NCBI GenBank assembly: GCA_000708835.1
Contig: DF237173.1
Location: 25,438-89,437 of the forward strand
Origin: Klebsormidium nitens
Lineage: Eukaryota > Plantae > Klebsormidiophyceae
Direction of reading: 5' to 3'
Length of the DNA: 64,000 nt
Shown here: piece after piece, positions 26,801 through 38,800 of the stretch
How positions within the stretch are numbered: the first letter of the stretch is position 1
How the letters are laid out: every line of letters starts with the position of its first letter
The notes under the pieces: generated by a model
The model's database searches: none
Seen by the model: the letters and a program-made list of their open reading frames with translations, nothing else
What the model was told of the DNA's origin: nothing
Made by a program: the position numbers and the translations under genes

Positions 26801-29544
26801 TCGAGAATGCGCCTGTTCTGGAGGTGTTTGGAAAAGTGGAGGGGCTGTTACACATTATCTTTCGCGTAATTGTAAAACTTGGTAACCAGGTCCGTAAGGC
26901 TTTAGAGGTACGAGTTGCCTCAAAGCCAAGCATCCCTGTTTTTGCTGTAGTTTCAACGCTCCTCCTCCCCCCTGTCCGGAGCACCTGCGCCGTCCAGAAG
27001 CTCATCAAGACTTCCGAGCCTGAGAGCTTCAACTCAGAAAAACACATTGACGAACCTCTTGTTGCTTTCTCTCACGGAATTTTCTCATTCCCTTTCCGTC
27101 CACCTGCAGCACCCGCGCCTTCCAGAAGCTCATCATCAAAGCATCTCGAACACTGAGTTCCTCATTTGAGAAGGAACTTAGGGACATACTGAAGCGACCT
27201 TTCCCTTGCTCTATTTCATGAGCGCTTCTTATCCGGATCCCGCCCCCCCCCTGCAGCACCCGCGCCGTCCAGAAGCTCATCGAGACCATCGCCGGCCCCG
27301 ACCAGATCCGCATGGTCGTCTCGGGCCTCAAGCCCGGCGTCGTGACGCTCATCAAGGACCTGAACGGCAACCACGTGATCCAGCGCTGCCTCCAGCGCCT
27401 GAGCAACGACGACAACCAGTTCATCTTCGACGCGGCCGCGCAGCACTGTGTTGAGGTCGCGACGCACCGCCACGGGTGCTGCGTCTTGCAGCGGTGCGTC
27501 GACTTTGCGGAGGGCGCGCAGAGACAGCGGCTGGTCGCCGAGATCGCGGCCAACGCGCTCGTGCTGTCGCAGGACCCATTCGGGTGAGGCGCTCTTTTGT
27601 CCGTTTCGGGAGTGTCGGGTTTGTTTTGCGCGTTGCTTTGCTCGTGACCATGCAGTGACGATCAATTGAAGCTTGGTGTTGCTAACGCTCTCACTCTGAG
27701 CTTCAGCACCATGTGCTTCCCTTTATTGTGTTCCGGCTTTAGATTCTCTTAAGAGAACAGGCAACTAACAAATCCAAAACATATCTGCCTACCACCGTTG
27801 GTTCGTACCATCATCGACTTCGTTTTTCAAGTTTTCTTTATACTCTGTTTCCTGCAGCAATCACCTTGTTCAGGGCATTCTAGACCTCGGTCTTTGTAAA
27901 CTTCTATATCATGTATAGGTCCCGCACATGCATTCCTCATCTTCTTTGTACTTACTCTTGTGACTCCCATTTCCTGCAGCAATTTAGAGCAAGTGTCACC
28001 CCAAATTTCTACTCATCACGTTCATGTGTCGAGGACAAGCCTCGTACCCCCGTTCTGACCCCTTTCCCGACCCCTCTTCTGACAGCAACTACTTTCTTAG
28101 TACGTTTTAGAACTCGGCCTTCTCTGGGCGTCCGCTCAGATCATGACGCGCCTATTCACGAAGACCTTTTTCTTAACCCCTCGTTAACCCCCTTCAAAAC
28201 CCTTTCTTCGCAGCAACTACGTGGTTCCGTACATCACTGGCCTCCCGTGGGCGTCCGCTGAGGTCATGACGCACATAATTTGTCCTGTACATGTAACCCC
28301 GCCCTAACCCCTCTCTAACCCTTTCCTAAAACCCCTTTCTCCGCAGCAACTACGTCGTCCAGTACATTTAGGCCTGGGCCTCCCCGGGGCGTTCGCCGAG
28401 GACATCACGCGCCTAATCAGTTCTCTTAACCCCTTCCTAAAGCCCTCTCAAAACCCATTCCTCTGCAGCAACTACGTCGTCCAGTACATCCTAGACCTGG
28501 GCCTCCCTTGGGCGTCCGCCGAGGTCATGACGCGCCTCGAGGGCAACTACCCGTACCTCGCGACCCAGAAGTTTTCCAGCAACGTCGTCGAGAAGTGCCT
28601 CAAACTCGCGGCGGAGGACAGCCGCAACCGCATTGTGCGCGAGCTGATGCTCTCCCCGCGCCTCGGGCACCTGCTCCAGGACCCGTACGCCAACTACGTC
28701 GTGCAGAGCGCGCTCACCGTGTCCAAGGTGGGCCGGGTGACGTCGTGGATGACGTTAGCTACGCTTGTTGCCTTCCTTGGGCTGTCGTTGGTATCTGTAG
28801 GTCGGTGCTGACATAGGTCGTTGCTGACATCAACTGTAAGGTCGAGGGATTGAGGGATTGTCAGTTGATCAATATTTTGTGCTCTCCCGTCTTAAAAGCA
28901 GCCGTGGACGACCCAGTGCCGCTTGTGTCTTCTAGCTGGAGTTTTGCGACCACTTAAACCATGATGGTCTGACTCTGTCTGTTAGACGGGCTATGGTGCG
29001 TTTATTCCATCCTTGAGAGTCTACAATATTCTTCACAGGGTCAGTATGACTGACAAGGCTTCTGGCTATGCTGTTGGGCAAGCATTCGTGCATCGATCGT
29101 TCTGCTGTTGAAGTCACCCGCTTGACTTGTTGAAATTGGCACGACATTTCTATCTCTACTCCAATGTCGGCGTGCTTTTGAGGTCCACTTTCTCTTCAAA
29201 GAAGCTGAACGAATTCGGCCTATCATCCAGGCTGGCCTGGTCGACAGACTACCGAGTGTTTAAAAGTTTACACATCTTTTGGCCTGGTCGAAAAGATTAC
29301 AAAGGGTCCGAGAGTCTACCCAGTCAACGAAGTCCGCTGGAGCTTGTTTGGCACCATGTTTTGCCGTTTACAAAACAAGACTGTTTGTGTTCTACAGGGC
29401 GCAGTGCACGCTGGGCTGGTCGATGCGATCCGGCCGCACCTGACGGCAGTGCGCAACAGCCCCTACGGAAAGCGCATCCTGTCGCAGGCGAACTTGAAAC
29501 TAGGGCGGGGGGATGAGGGGTCCGACGGGGACCTTCGGCGATGA
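23846..29544 (+). CDS. Pumilio/PUF RNA-binding protein (APUM7-12/Puf4-5-like clade) with a CCCH zinc finger and a Q-rich N-terminal region; exons 23846-25809, 27257-27583, 28469-28727, 29398-29544
   Basis: Eight PUF repeats (KDQHGCRFLQ, TDPFGNYLIQ, LNMHGTRAVQ, KDLNGNHVIQ, THRHGCCVLQ, QDPFGNYVVQ, TQKFSSNVVE, QDPYANYVVQ). CKYYLQGYCSRGDGCPFVH is C-x7-C-x5-C-x3-H. Splice phases are consistent. Confidence 0.95.
26965..27160 (+). repeat. Two degenerate copies of the PUF exon-2 acceptor junction
   Basis: gag|cacctgcgccgtccagaagctcatcaagac (26982) and ctgcag|cacccgcgccttccagaagctcatcatc (27110) vs real ctgcag|cacccgcgccgtccagaagctcatcgagac (27257). Confidence 0.9.
27845..28468 (+). repeat. Five tandem decaying copies (106-133 bp spacing) of the PUF exon-3 acceptor junction
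   Basis: cag|caa... copies start at 27858, 27980, 28086, 28214 and 28347; the real exon starts at 28469 (caactacgtcgtccagtacatcctagacctgggcctcccttgggcgtccgccgaggtcatgacgcgc). Confidence 0.92.
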
Positions 29545-31394
29545 CAAGAGCCTTCGTTGATAGGCCTGGGAGAGGGGGACGGAAAGATTGATGAGCGGTT
29601 GTCAGAAGGGTTGCGGGGACAGAACATCTAGTGAGAAGAGCGGGAAGGGGGGCGAGAAAAACAAGAATGTTTGAGAGGGGGTAGGGCCTAACGGGCACGT
29701 CGACGATACGGAGAGACTTTTTAACTTAAACAATGGGGGTCGGAGGAGCAAACGAGGAGAGAGGGATGGTAAGGGAGGGAGGGAGAGGCGAGGAGCGGGG
29801 AAGGGCGTTTCTCAGGGGCGTTTTCGACTGTTAAGAGAGAGAGGGAGGACTTTTACGAGGGGCGGTGATCCCGGAGAAAAGAGCGAGAGCCTCGCAGGCG
29901 CTGCTGGCGCTGGGAAGATTACGTCAAGGGGCCAGCCGCCGCGTGGGAGGGCGGGCGTCGGGAGTCGTCCACGAAACTGTAACTGTAGCGTGCAGCGCCA
30001 GAAGGTATGGCGCCTTAGACAGAAGAGGTTCTAGAAAGGTCTTTGAGCGGGAGGACCCACGGCTGGGGGGGCCTTTTGCAGTGAGGTGAAGCCCCCCCCT
30101 CCAATGCGCAGCATGCGACACAAAGATGACTATCCATGAGCTGCGTGGGTCGGGGCGGCGGGCGGTGCGTGTTGTTGTGCAATAAAGAGCTGTGCGATCG
30201 TTCCACGGCTGTACAGATTCTTGCCCTCGGCCCCCCGGGGACGCTGGGCCGTCCCGGCAGCGTCTGCCGTGTGTATGTCAGATTTTCGGACTGGCAAAAG
30301 GGGGCCGTGACCAGATGAGTTTGCGGAGAACAATGTTACTGAAGCAGAAAGTAAGGAGAGTGTTGGCCGACGAGACGTGCGTGCGAGACCTTGCTAAGGC
30401 ACCAAATAGCCACAGCCCTTGTACTCTGGACTCGATATTTTATGTTATGAATGAGTAGAGCCTAGAATACTTAGATAGCCGGCTTGTACTGGTAAGTAGT
30501 CGATCTTAGTCAACGTTACATTGCATACCACGTGTGCGCCAGACTTGATTGGATATCTTGTTTACGAGCTCTTACAGGCATTCATGTTAAGTTCGATATT
30601 TGAGATACCATATCTGTTGTTTCTTTTCCTGCGCTAGCCAGCGGGACAGCTGAGCTTGGCAGGCCGGGACTCGAGCGGATCTGCAGAAGATCTAAGTCAC
30701 ATCGAGTCCGCATGCGGCTGCATGTGCATGATGTATGTGGCTAAGGGCGCATGCTTTAACTTCGTGGCTGAAACTTTGATCAGCTGTATTCATGCGCAGC
30801 GGCTTATATCCCTGGATCATGCAGGGCGCTGCACATACGTGCACATGCGCGTGCAACTGCTGCAAGGATCTGCAGGCTATACTCAGATTCTTATGCCCGC
30901 GGGCCATGCAGCACTTGATACTGATGTTCGACTTCTCATCATTGCAATCGATCACATGCACTTAACTTGCACAGCTAGAGTGATTGGTGTTATGCATGAT
31001 AATTAGCATCTCGCGGAGCACCATCCTCGCGCGAGGCATCATGGGCTAAGCTGCTCGTTCTGTAAAGTTTGCCGCTTGATGTGCCCCACGGATTGCCGAC
31101 ACAGCGGGACCCTTGCACTAGTATGCTTCAAAGGTGCATGCGATTTCTGCCTGATTCGTGAAGAGGGCGGGAAACAGCCGCCACAGAGCTCGCTGACATA
31201 AAATCAAAGCGGCCGATTCGGGCGTCTTTGGGCCACGTGGCTTGAAGGCAGTATGGTCTTCTGTAACTTGCCCTTATAACGGATAACAGTAACGACGTTA
31301 CATTGACAAAGAGACTATTTGCTTGGACAGGCAGTCCGAGTCCAACGATCGACGACCGGATCCGTTGCGCTTGGAAACATCGGAGCGTCCCACA

Positions 31395-34300
31395 CTACCT
31401 AGACATGCCACCGCCTCCTGCATGGAACAACATAAAAACCACTGCCAGCTGCAGCACTAAAACGTACCCAACCGTCAGCGTCCGGAGAAATGCGTTCTGC
31501 TGCACCGCTCGGCCGACCGTGGACCCCAACCCCTCCACTGCTTCTGCCGCGTATATGATCGGGTTCGAGCTGCTCCCGCCCCTGACGTCACTACCCCGGA
31601 ACCGTGCCAGCTGGCGAGCGCCGCTCCGTCCTTTGCTGGGATGGTCTGAAAAGCTCCGTCCGCTCTTCCCGCGCTTGGTTCCGCCGTAGTCGTTGCGCCC
31701 GAACTGCTGCTCCCGCCGCGTCGAGAGGGCCGCTTGCAGCCGCAGGTCGAGCGCACGGCGCTCGTTGGCAAAGGCCTCCGCTTGAGCCTGCCGGAAGTGT
31801 AAAACGTCATTCAGCGCGCTGCATGAACTGCTTGACTGGCAATTGGGTTGACGAATCCAGATTGACCGACAAGCGTGCGGTCGACATCAGATCAGAAGCT
31901 AGTCCGGTCGATGTCAGATCAGAAGCTAGTCCCTTCTGAGTGAAGGTCAGAGGAACAACCGCGGACAAGGTTGAAAAATGCGAAACAGAAAAGCATGGCG
32001 GAAGCTTCTAAAGCGAGAGAGAGGGGGAACACGGATTCCAAGAGTCAATACCGAGACGCATGACAAGAGCTCTTTCAGGGATAAAAGTAAAGGGCGGGCA
32101 AAGACGGGAAAAGATTGCATGTTACCGTGTGCCAACATTTCAAGGAAGGATTTGACAAGCGGCCTACTCCTTCGCATTCAATGTCGCGCTCTAAAGCCTG
32201 CCAGAGTAGCAGCGGAACTCCTTGACAAAGATAAGCAGCAACAGGACTTCCCTGTCCTTGCAATAACTCACCTGCTTTGCAACCAGCTGTTCGTTGAGGG
32301 CCCTTAAGCGCCGCTCTAGTTCCATTTCCCGTTGTCCTGCAGATGAAGCGCAGGAAAAGATTGAGCAAGCCATGAGAAACGACAGGGGAAATTGGAGAGT
32401 CCATCCTCAGAGGATAGGAACGAAGAGCAACATTACTGCCTTTGCAATTGTCGGCTTTGAAGAGTCGGCCCAAGTTTCCTGCGGCAGTAGTGGTCTGGAG
32501 TTCTGTATGAACATGCCCAAAACGATTGCTGTACTTGGCAAACATATTCGCACCAGATTACAAAGCTCCGCCCTAAAACGGGACTCCATCAGGGCCCGAT
32601 TGCTCTCTTATAGGTTTTCAAATATGCAACAGAGCAACTGAGCGGACTCACTCTGCCGTCATCAGAAAGGCACAAGTCAACACTTCGTTTGAAACACGTC
32701 CAGATAGGTTGGCCAGAACGCATCCAGCAGACTGAGAAATCGTACCACGACTTCACACTATCGTGATTGGGGACAAGTATTTCTGTGGCCGGGAGCATTA
32801 TTTGTCGAATGTACCTGAACATTGGCTCCTACAGAAGAGTGGCTGTCTCCAATGACAACCGAAGATTCGCCGACGGAGATTCGCCGACCGAATTTTCAGA
32901 CTTCCTGGCGCAACAGTCATTTGCAGCTTTCTTCGGTCTTAGAAAGAGTCGAAGGCGAACTCGCTTGCTTCCAAACACTGACAGAAAGCGGATGAACAAA
33001 TGTAATAGCTAACCCATCATTGACAAGGCTCGAATTTGCAAGTCCGCATTCGTCACCCCAAAGCCAAAACCGGAACCCTTTACAGTACAGCACCATTGGA
33101 TTACTCACCTGCGGACGGCCACTTGGCAGCATTCCTCTCATGCTGCATGAGCCGTTCCTCCAACCGGGCAATCTCCCGATCCAGCTCCTCTCCTGCTTTC
33201 CTCCTCTTCTCAATCTCTCCCCTCTCTTCTGCTTCCTCCCTTCTCTCAACATTATCCCTCTCCTCTCCCCTCATTTCATCCGCAGTCCTCGCCTCTCCCC
33301 TGCTTGCCGTTCTTTCCTCCTTCTCCCTCGCCTCTCTCACTGTACTCAGCTCAACCAGCACTTCTCGCACCTCTTCCTCTAGAGAACTTTCTTCCGAGTC
33401 TAGTTGTGCCTGCCTGGCGACCAGCCGCTCTGCTTCGGCGGCCTTGTCTTGGGAGTGCCGCTGAGTGGCCTCGAGGGCCTTGTCGTACGCCAGATTCTCC
33501 GCTTGGAGGGATGACTCGCGCATCTCAGCCTGGAATCAAACACGTTCACAGGACCTTATGTTTTCTTCAGTTTGATCAAGTTTTCGGAGCCCAGCCGGTG
33601 AAGCAAGTAATCACGCAAGGTATTATGAGCACTCGGAGCAGAATATGCATAAGTGCAACTCACATGCATAATTGCGGCCTGTGCAGACATCACTGACCAT
33701 GTTAAAGAGTTATGCTCTCACATATTCCCCTGCAAAGAAAGAACGCAACTTCCTTGTCATGAGGAGCACCTGAATCCTAGTTGAAGTGTGCGCATTTTTC
33801 TCTTCGTCGATCGTCCTCTGAGCAGCCGCCGTCTCCGCGCGGAGGTGCTCCAACTCCTGTGCATTCATCTGCGCTGCAACTGCGGCCTCTCTCCGCAGCT
33901 TTTCATTTTCCGCCAGCATGACAGACACCTGCGCCTCCACTTGGCTGAGCTTCCGCAAGCTCTCCTCATACGCCTGCCGAAGATGAGACGTAATTAGTTC
34001 CCTGTCTTCAATGCAACATGCATCCTTCTGAAGGTCTGCTGTCGGAAGTGACACTTGACTGCACAGATCTAAAGAAGTCTCAGAGAAGAAGTAGCAACAC
34101 AGTGTGTACCTGAACAGTGACAAGAGGAAGCTTCTGAATGACTAGGTCTTTAAAACAATTTCAGACTTGATTCTGCACAGAAGATAGAATATACCTGCAG
34201 CATTCAGAAGCACGTTCGAGAAACCCATACAATGATGTGAGACAATTTAAGGTAGGCAGTGCTCCTCAGTTCAGAACAGTTCACAGACCAAGAACCACCA

Positions 34301-34720
34301 AGCAATGCCGTTGATGCGAGCAGTGCTGCGAGATACTCTCACCTTCTTCAAATTTGGCTGCGACCACTCCCGCCTGTCACTCAAGTTCCTCCTGACGCTC
34401 CGAAGCTGTTCAATTGTCAGAGAGGGAGCCTTCGCAAGCTTAGCCACAGCCGACTCAGGCACACCCTGGTCCCAAGTGGCATGTCCGGAAGCTGTCCGAA
34501 CAGGGGATTCAGAAACACCCAAAAGCTGACTGCGTCCGTCAAAGTCAACACTGGCGTCCGTCTCTTGCTCACTTGTCCCATCTACATCAGAATAAGGCCC
34601 GCCATCGGGAAGTTGCTTTTTTCTTCTTCGGCGGCGGCCGCTCTTACTCGTGTCGCTAAGGCCCGCGGCAGACTGGTCGACCTTCTCCAAGACGTCGGCG
34701 GCCCAGCTGAGGAAAGACAT
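31395..34720 (-). CDS. Golgin-84-like coiled-coil Golgi tether with a C-terminal transmembrane anchor
   Basis: The N-terminus MSFLSWAADVLEKVDQSAA resembles the golgin-84 vesicle-capture motif. Several coiled-coil exons follow. The last exon (~31790-31395) ends NAFLRTLTVGYVLVLQLAVVFMLFH...*. Confidence 0.8.
31879..31932. repeat. 27-bp direct tandem repeat (2 copies) in the last golgin intron
   Basis: ggtcgaCAtcagatcagaagctagtcc followed by ggtcgaTGtcagatcagaagctagtcc. Confidence 0.95.
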
Positions 34721-35840
34721 TGTTGCGGAATGGGTTCACACAATTTGACTCTATCAAGCTTCAAGAAAAGCACTACATGACGTGATGAAGATGCTTCCCT
34801 GCATGGAGTTCAGCCAACCCATGGGCGCCCATTGGACGGCGCACAAAAACTAAAACTGGCACGATTGAAACCTGCCTTCTCATGCGTCCAAAATGCAACT
34901 TCAAGCAAGAACTTGGGAGACAATGTCGAGGCCGGGGACGTGTGGGGGCTCGCCCAATTCTCCTGGTGCGCAAGGAAGCTCTGCATTGCCGCGCAAAAAC
35001 AAGTCCCCACAGCCGCTTCCGCAAAACCGATGCGCGACTTGCACGTGGCGTTTCGCGCCATTTTGCAGTCCTACAAATCCAAATGTCTGGCTGATGATGT
35101 CATTTCTACATTTCACAGCGCGCGCGGCGCACCTGACATCACTTCATGCTCTAGTACCTGCATGTATCTCATTCGAGCAGATCTCGACTCTCCCTGCGTC
35201 TACCCACAACAGGAAGAAGCCAATGGAGCCTAGGAGGAGAATGTTTTAGGAGCGCCAAAGTTGGCCCATGTAGAGAGTGGGGCGCTGCTGCTAAACCTTG
35301 ACAGGACTCCTCCCCTCAGACTGCCCCAAAAGCGACAGTGGAAAAAAGGTCGACAAAAAGATTTCAAAAAAAGATTGCGCTAGAGGGAGTGCATAGGACT
35401 GAAAAGGGGCATGCGAAAAGGAATCTGGAGAATAACTTCCTCGCTTGTAGGAGATCGATTGCTCAAGGCCTGCACTGGATTGTATTTGAAAGGGTAACTC
35501 AGCATTAGGGTTTCGTGATGTTTTAGGGTTACGGCGGAGACGGAGGCCTTCTGATGCATCTCCGCAAAGAGGGCCTCGATCGCAGGCATATGAGGAGCAA
35601 AAAGGGGGCATCTTGTACAGTCTGAAGGCTGAAGCCCAGGCCCTTCGGCAAACTTCTCGCCTCTCTTGGACCAGATTCATGCTGCCTTGGCTCCTCATTG
35701 TATTGTCAAGCATTGAGTTAAGCAGTTCCTCCAATACGGATTGCTGCTAAGTTCGGCAGAAGTCCTTGAGCTGAAATCCTCATATCCTGTATTGAGCACT
35801 TCCAAACACCTAGGATTCGCCCCCTACGTTTTGGTCCAAC

Positions 35841-38800
35841 ATGGCTGACGATGGCAGCCCAGACGATCGCGAGGGACGCCCTCAGACCGCTCCCGAACCA
35901 AAGGAAGCCGAAACTCGCCCTCACTCTCCCTTGAGACCTCAGAGACAGAGCCCCATTCTCCGGCCCTACACAGCAGGTCTGGTAGACATTTCTGAGCAGG
36001 GGGGTTTAGAAGGACCCCGTCAAAGCAATCAACAGTCAAATGCTGGTCCTGCCGGGCCTTCTGGAAGGGCTGGCGGGGGCTTCCGACGGCCGAGCACTTC
36101 ACCTTCGCCAGGCCAGAGCAAGGGAGGCTCGGCCGGCGGCCTGTCGAGAATGCGCCGGAAGGACTACCAGGATTTGAAGGAGCTGGCGACCTATGGCAAA
36201 ACCCTAAAACCCCTGGACCGTAAGCGGATGGCGAGCGCCAAGCCTGGGAGTGCAGGGGGAGGGGACAGCATGGGAGCGGAAAACTTCGAGGAGCCACAGA
36301 AAAAGGGGGGGGNAGAAGAGGGAGAGACGAAAAAGAGTCGAGACGTTGGGCAGTGGGAGGCGGCCGAGCCGTCCGAGCGTCGAGCCGTTACCCCGAGGNN
36401 NNNNNNNNNNNNNNNNNNGAGGGAGAGACGAAAGACGTCGTACGGACGTTGGGCGACGTCGGGACGGGCGGCCACGCCTCCGAGACTCACGCTACCGAGT
36501 GACCCCCCCCCCCACGATCATGATGCAAAGGGCGCTATCGCCACCTAAGTACACGATAGCGAGAAGGGCGCGGCCGCATACCACAGGATCGATGCGGACG
36601 AAATTCTTGGGGGGGGGAAGCTTGGGAGACAATATGAAGCTGGCGGGGGCGAGACCAAATACGGGGGTGGCGCGAGGCAGAGGGGGGGCTTCAGGGAAGG
36701 GCGATGAGGTGTGGGTGGATGAAGACGGAAATGTTATGCTCGGGGGCAAAACGGGAGGAAGGTGAGGCTGCTTCGCAAATTCTGGTGATTGCTCGGTTTC
36801 TGAGCAGCTCGTGTGTTGTGACTAGCCAGTTTTATCTGGTCGAACTACATCACAAACCAAGCAGTTTCTCTGACCAGCTCCCGTATCAGTAGCATCCAGC
36901 TGAAATAAGCTCTCAAGCTGCATCACGGCTCCGTTTTTTATGGCTCAGCCTCTAATGGATAAAGACAGCCCAAGAGATAGAAAGCTCCTCAGTTCCGGCA
37001 AAGCGTAACTTGAAACCCAGAAGGGTGTTCACAACCAACGCACTTCATGGACCGTTCCACCTTCCTTGAAACATTCCAAAGACGATTTGAGAACCAGTTT
37101 CTTGGTATAGAGTTCTCAATTTCTAAAAAGCATGCGTTTGACTCTTCTCTGTGTCTCAAGCGATTGTTCTCCAGCTCAGCGATCGCGCAGAGAGATGAAA
37201 AACCTTTGAAGGAGGCCAGCTGCTCCTCACGATTTGTCAACCAGTTTCAATATACCTAGTCTCTTCGACTCAAAATCATGTGCAACAGATTCCGCAGCCG
37301 AAGTCGAGTAAGCTCATTACGTAGAAGCGTTTGTCACCATGCATTAACCTCTGCATGTTTACCATCAATTGGACCAGAGCACCTGACAAAGCCCGAATTT
37401 GGAATCCAGATTTCTGTATGGTCAATCGAATCAAAGAGGTAAAATGCTGCAGGTATGTTGGCGAAATGGCGGGCGGTCTCCCTGAGGGGCGTGGCCAGCA
37501 CTGGGTGCCTGAAGCGAGCGGGGGTGGCATGCGGTTGCTGTACGAAGGGGAGTGGATGCTTGGGGTGAAGATGGGCCAGGGAACCATCTACTATCGGAGC
37601 GGCCAGGTGGGCAGGAGTGGCCGCATCAGCATTTTCTAGTGATTCTAGTGAAAGAAGGTCTGAAAGCTTGACTGCATCAGGATCAGAATGAAGAGCAACA
37701 ACTAAGTGGTTTCGAGGTGAAATCTGACCCGGATCGTCAGGGAAGTTTTTACATTCCGCCATTGCTTATTTTTCTGATTTAGTATGCTCAAGCTCACCCA
37801 GTCAAAACTGAGTAAGTTGAAGACCTCGGCCCTGGGTAAGAAGCTGCAGCTGGATCCTTCAATGGGGCTTAACGGTTGTATATTCCCATATCTGTTCCTC
37901 GAAACGTCGTGGATAGAGACTCTCCGTAACAGGAACCTGTCGCAGATTGCCTTTCGAATGCCGGGTGCTGTTTGTCGCCCGCAATCCCACCACTTCGACT
38001 CCTTTCTTGCAAGCCATTCCTCAATGTCTTTGATGTCAAGGTGGCGTTCCCGAGTTCTGTTTGCGATCCCCTAATATGAGTTCCTCCTTTACTTTGATCT
38101 TCTGATCTCTTTCCGTTCCCTCGAGCTCCTTAAGCAGCATCGCAGCATAGAAACCCTCTGGAAGAATCATCAACCAGCCTTGTGCCTCTGAAGCTCAACT
38201 CCGTCCCTCTGCAGACATACACCGGAGACGTCGTGGACGGGGACCGTCACGGTGTGGGTCGGCTGACGTACTCGTCTGGGGACGTTTACCATGGGGCGTG
38301 GTTCCACGGGCGGAAAGCGGGTTATGGCATCCAGGTAATCGGGCGGTAACCTGACCCTTGCATCGCTATCCTGGGAGTTCAATTTTCATTCGTGCAGTGG
38401 GTTTCTGCTGCACAAAGGGCAGTCGGGCATTCGATCGTCTACTGCACGGATGGCGTGATGCATACAAAGGTGGAAGGGTCAGATAAAGCTCACTGAAATA
38501 TGAGAGGAGACAATCTGGAAACGAAGGCTGTTCCGCTTCTTGAAAAAATGGTTAGAGTGACGTAACTTATTTGAATACGCCCCTTTTCCTGGAGCCTGGT
38601 ACGAGATTGTTCCCAGTGTTTGACATCACGTTGCAAGTGCTTCCAATACCAGTCTCAAGCCCTCTTCTTCTTATCTAAAATTCAAAGTAGATGACTGAGA
38701 GTCTCTCTTTGGCCACCAGTTCTACGCGGACTCGACTATTTACGCCGGTAAATGGGGCAACGACTGCCGGGAGGGCATGGCGACCTTCTACTGGCCCAAC

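Noticed and set aside
28150-28460. TAACCC/CTAAAACCC telomere-like words
   Set aside because: They are not tandemly arrayed and sit in the branch-point/pyrimidine part of each echo unit, so they are better explained as duplicated splice signals.
34026-34185. Possible highly decayed acceptor echo in a golgin intron (acttga..ctgcacaga about 110 bp apart)
   Set aside because: The similarity is limited to about 15 nt plus a short anchor, too weak to call without an alignment statistic.
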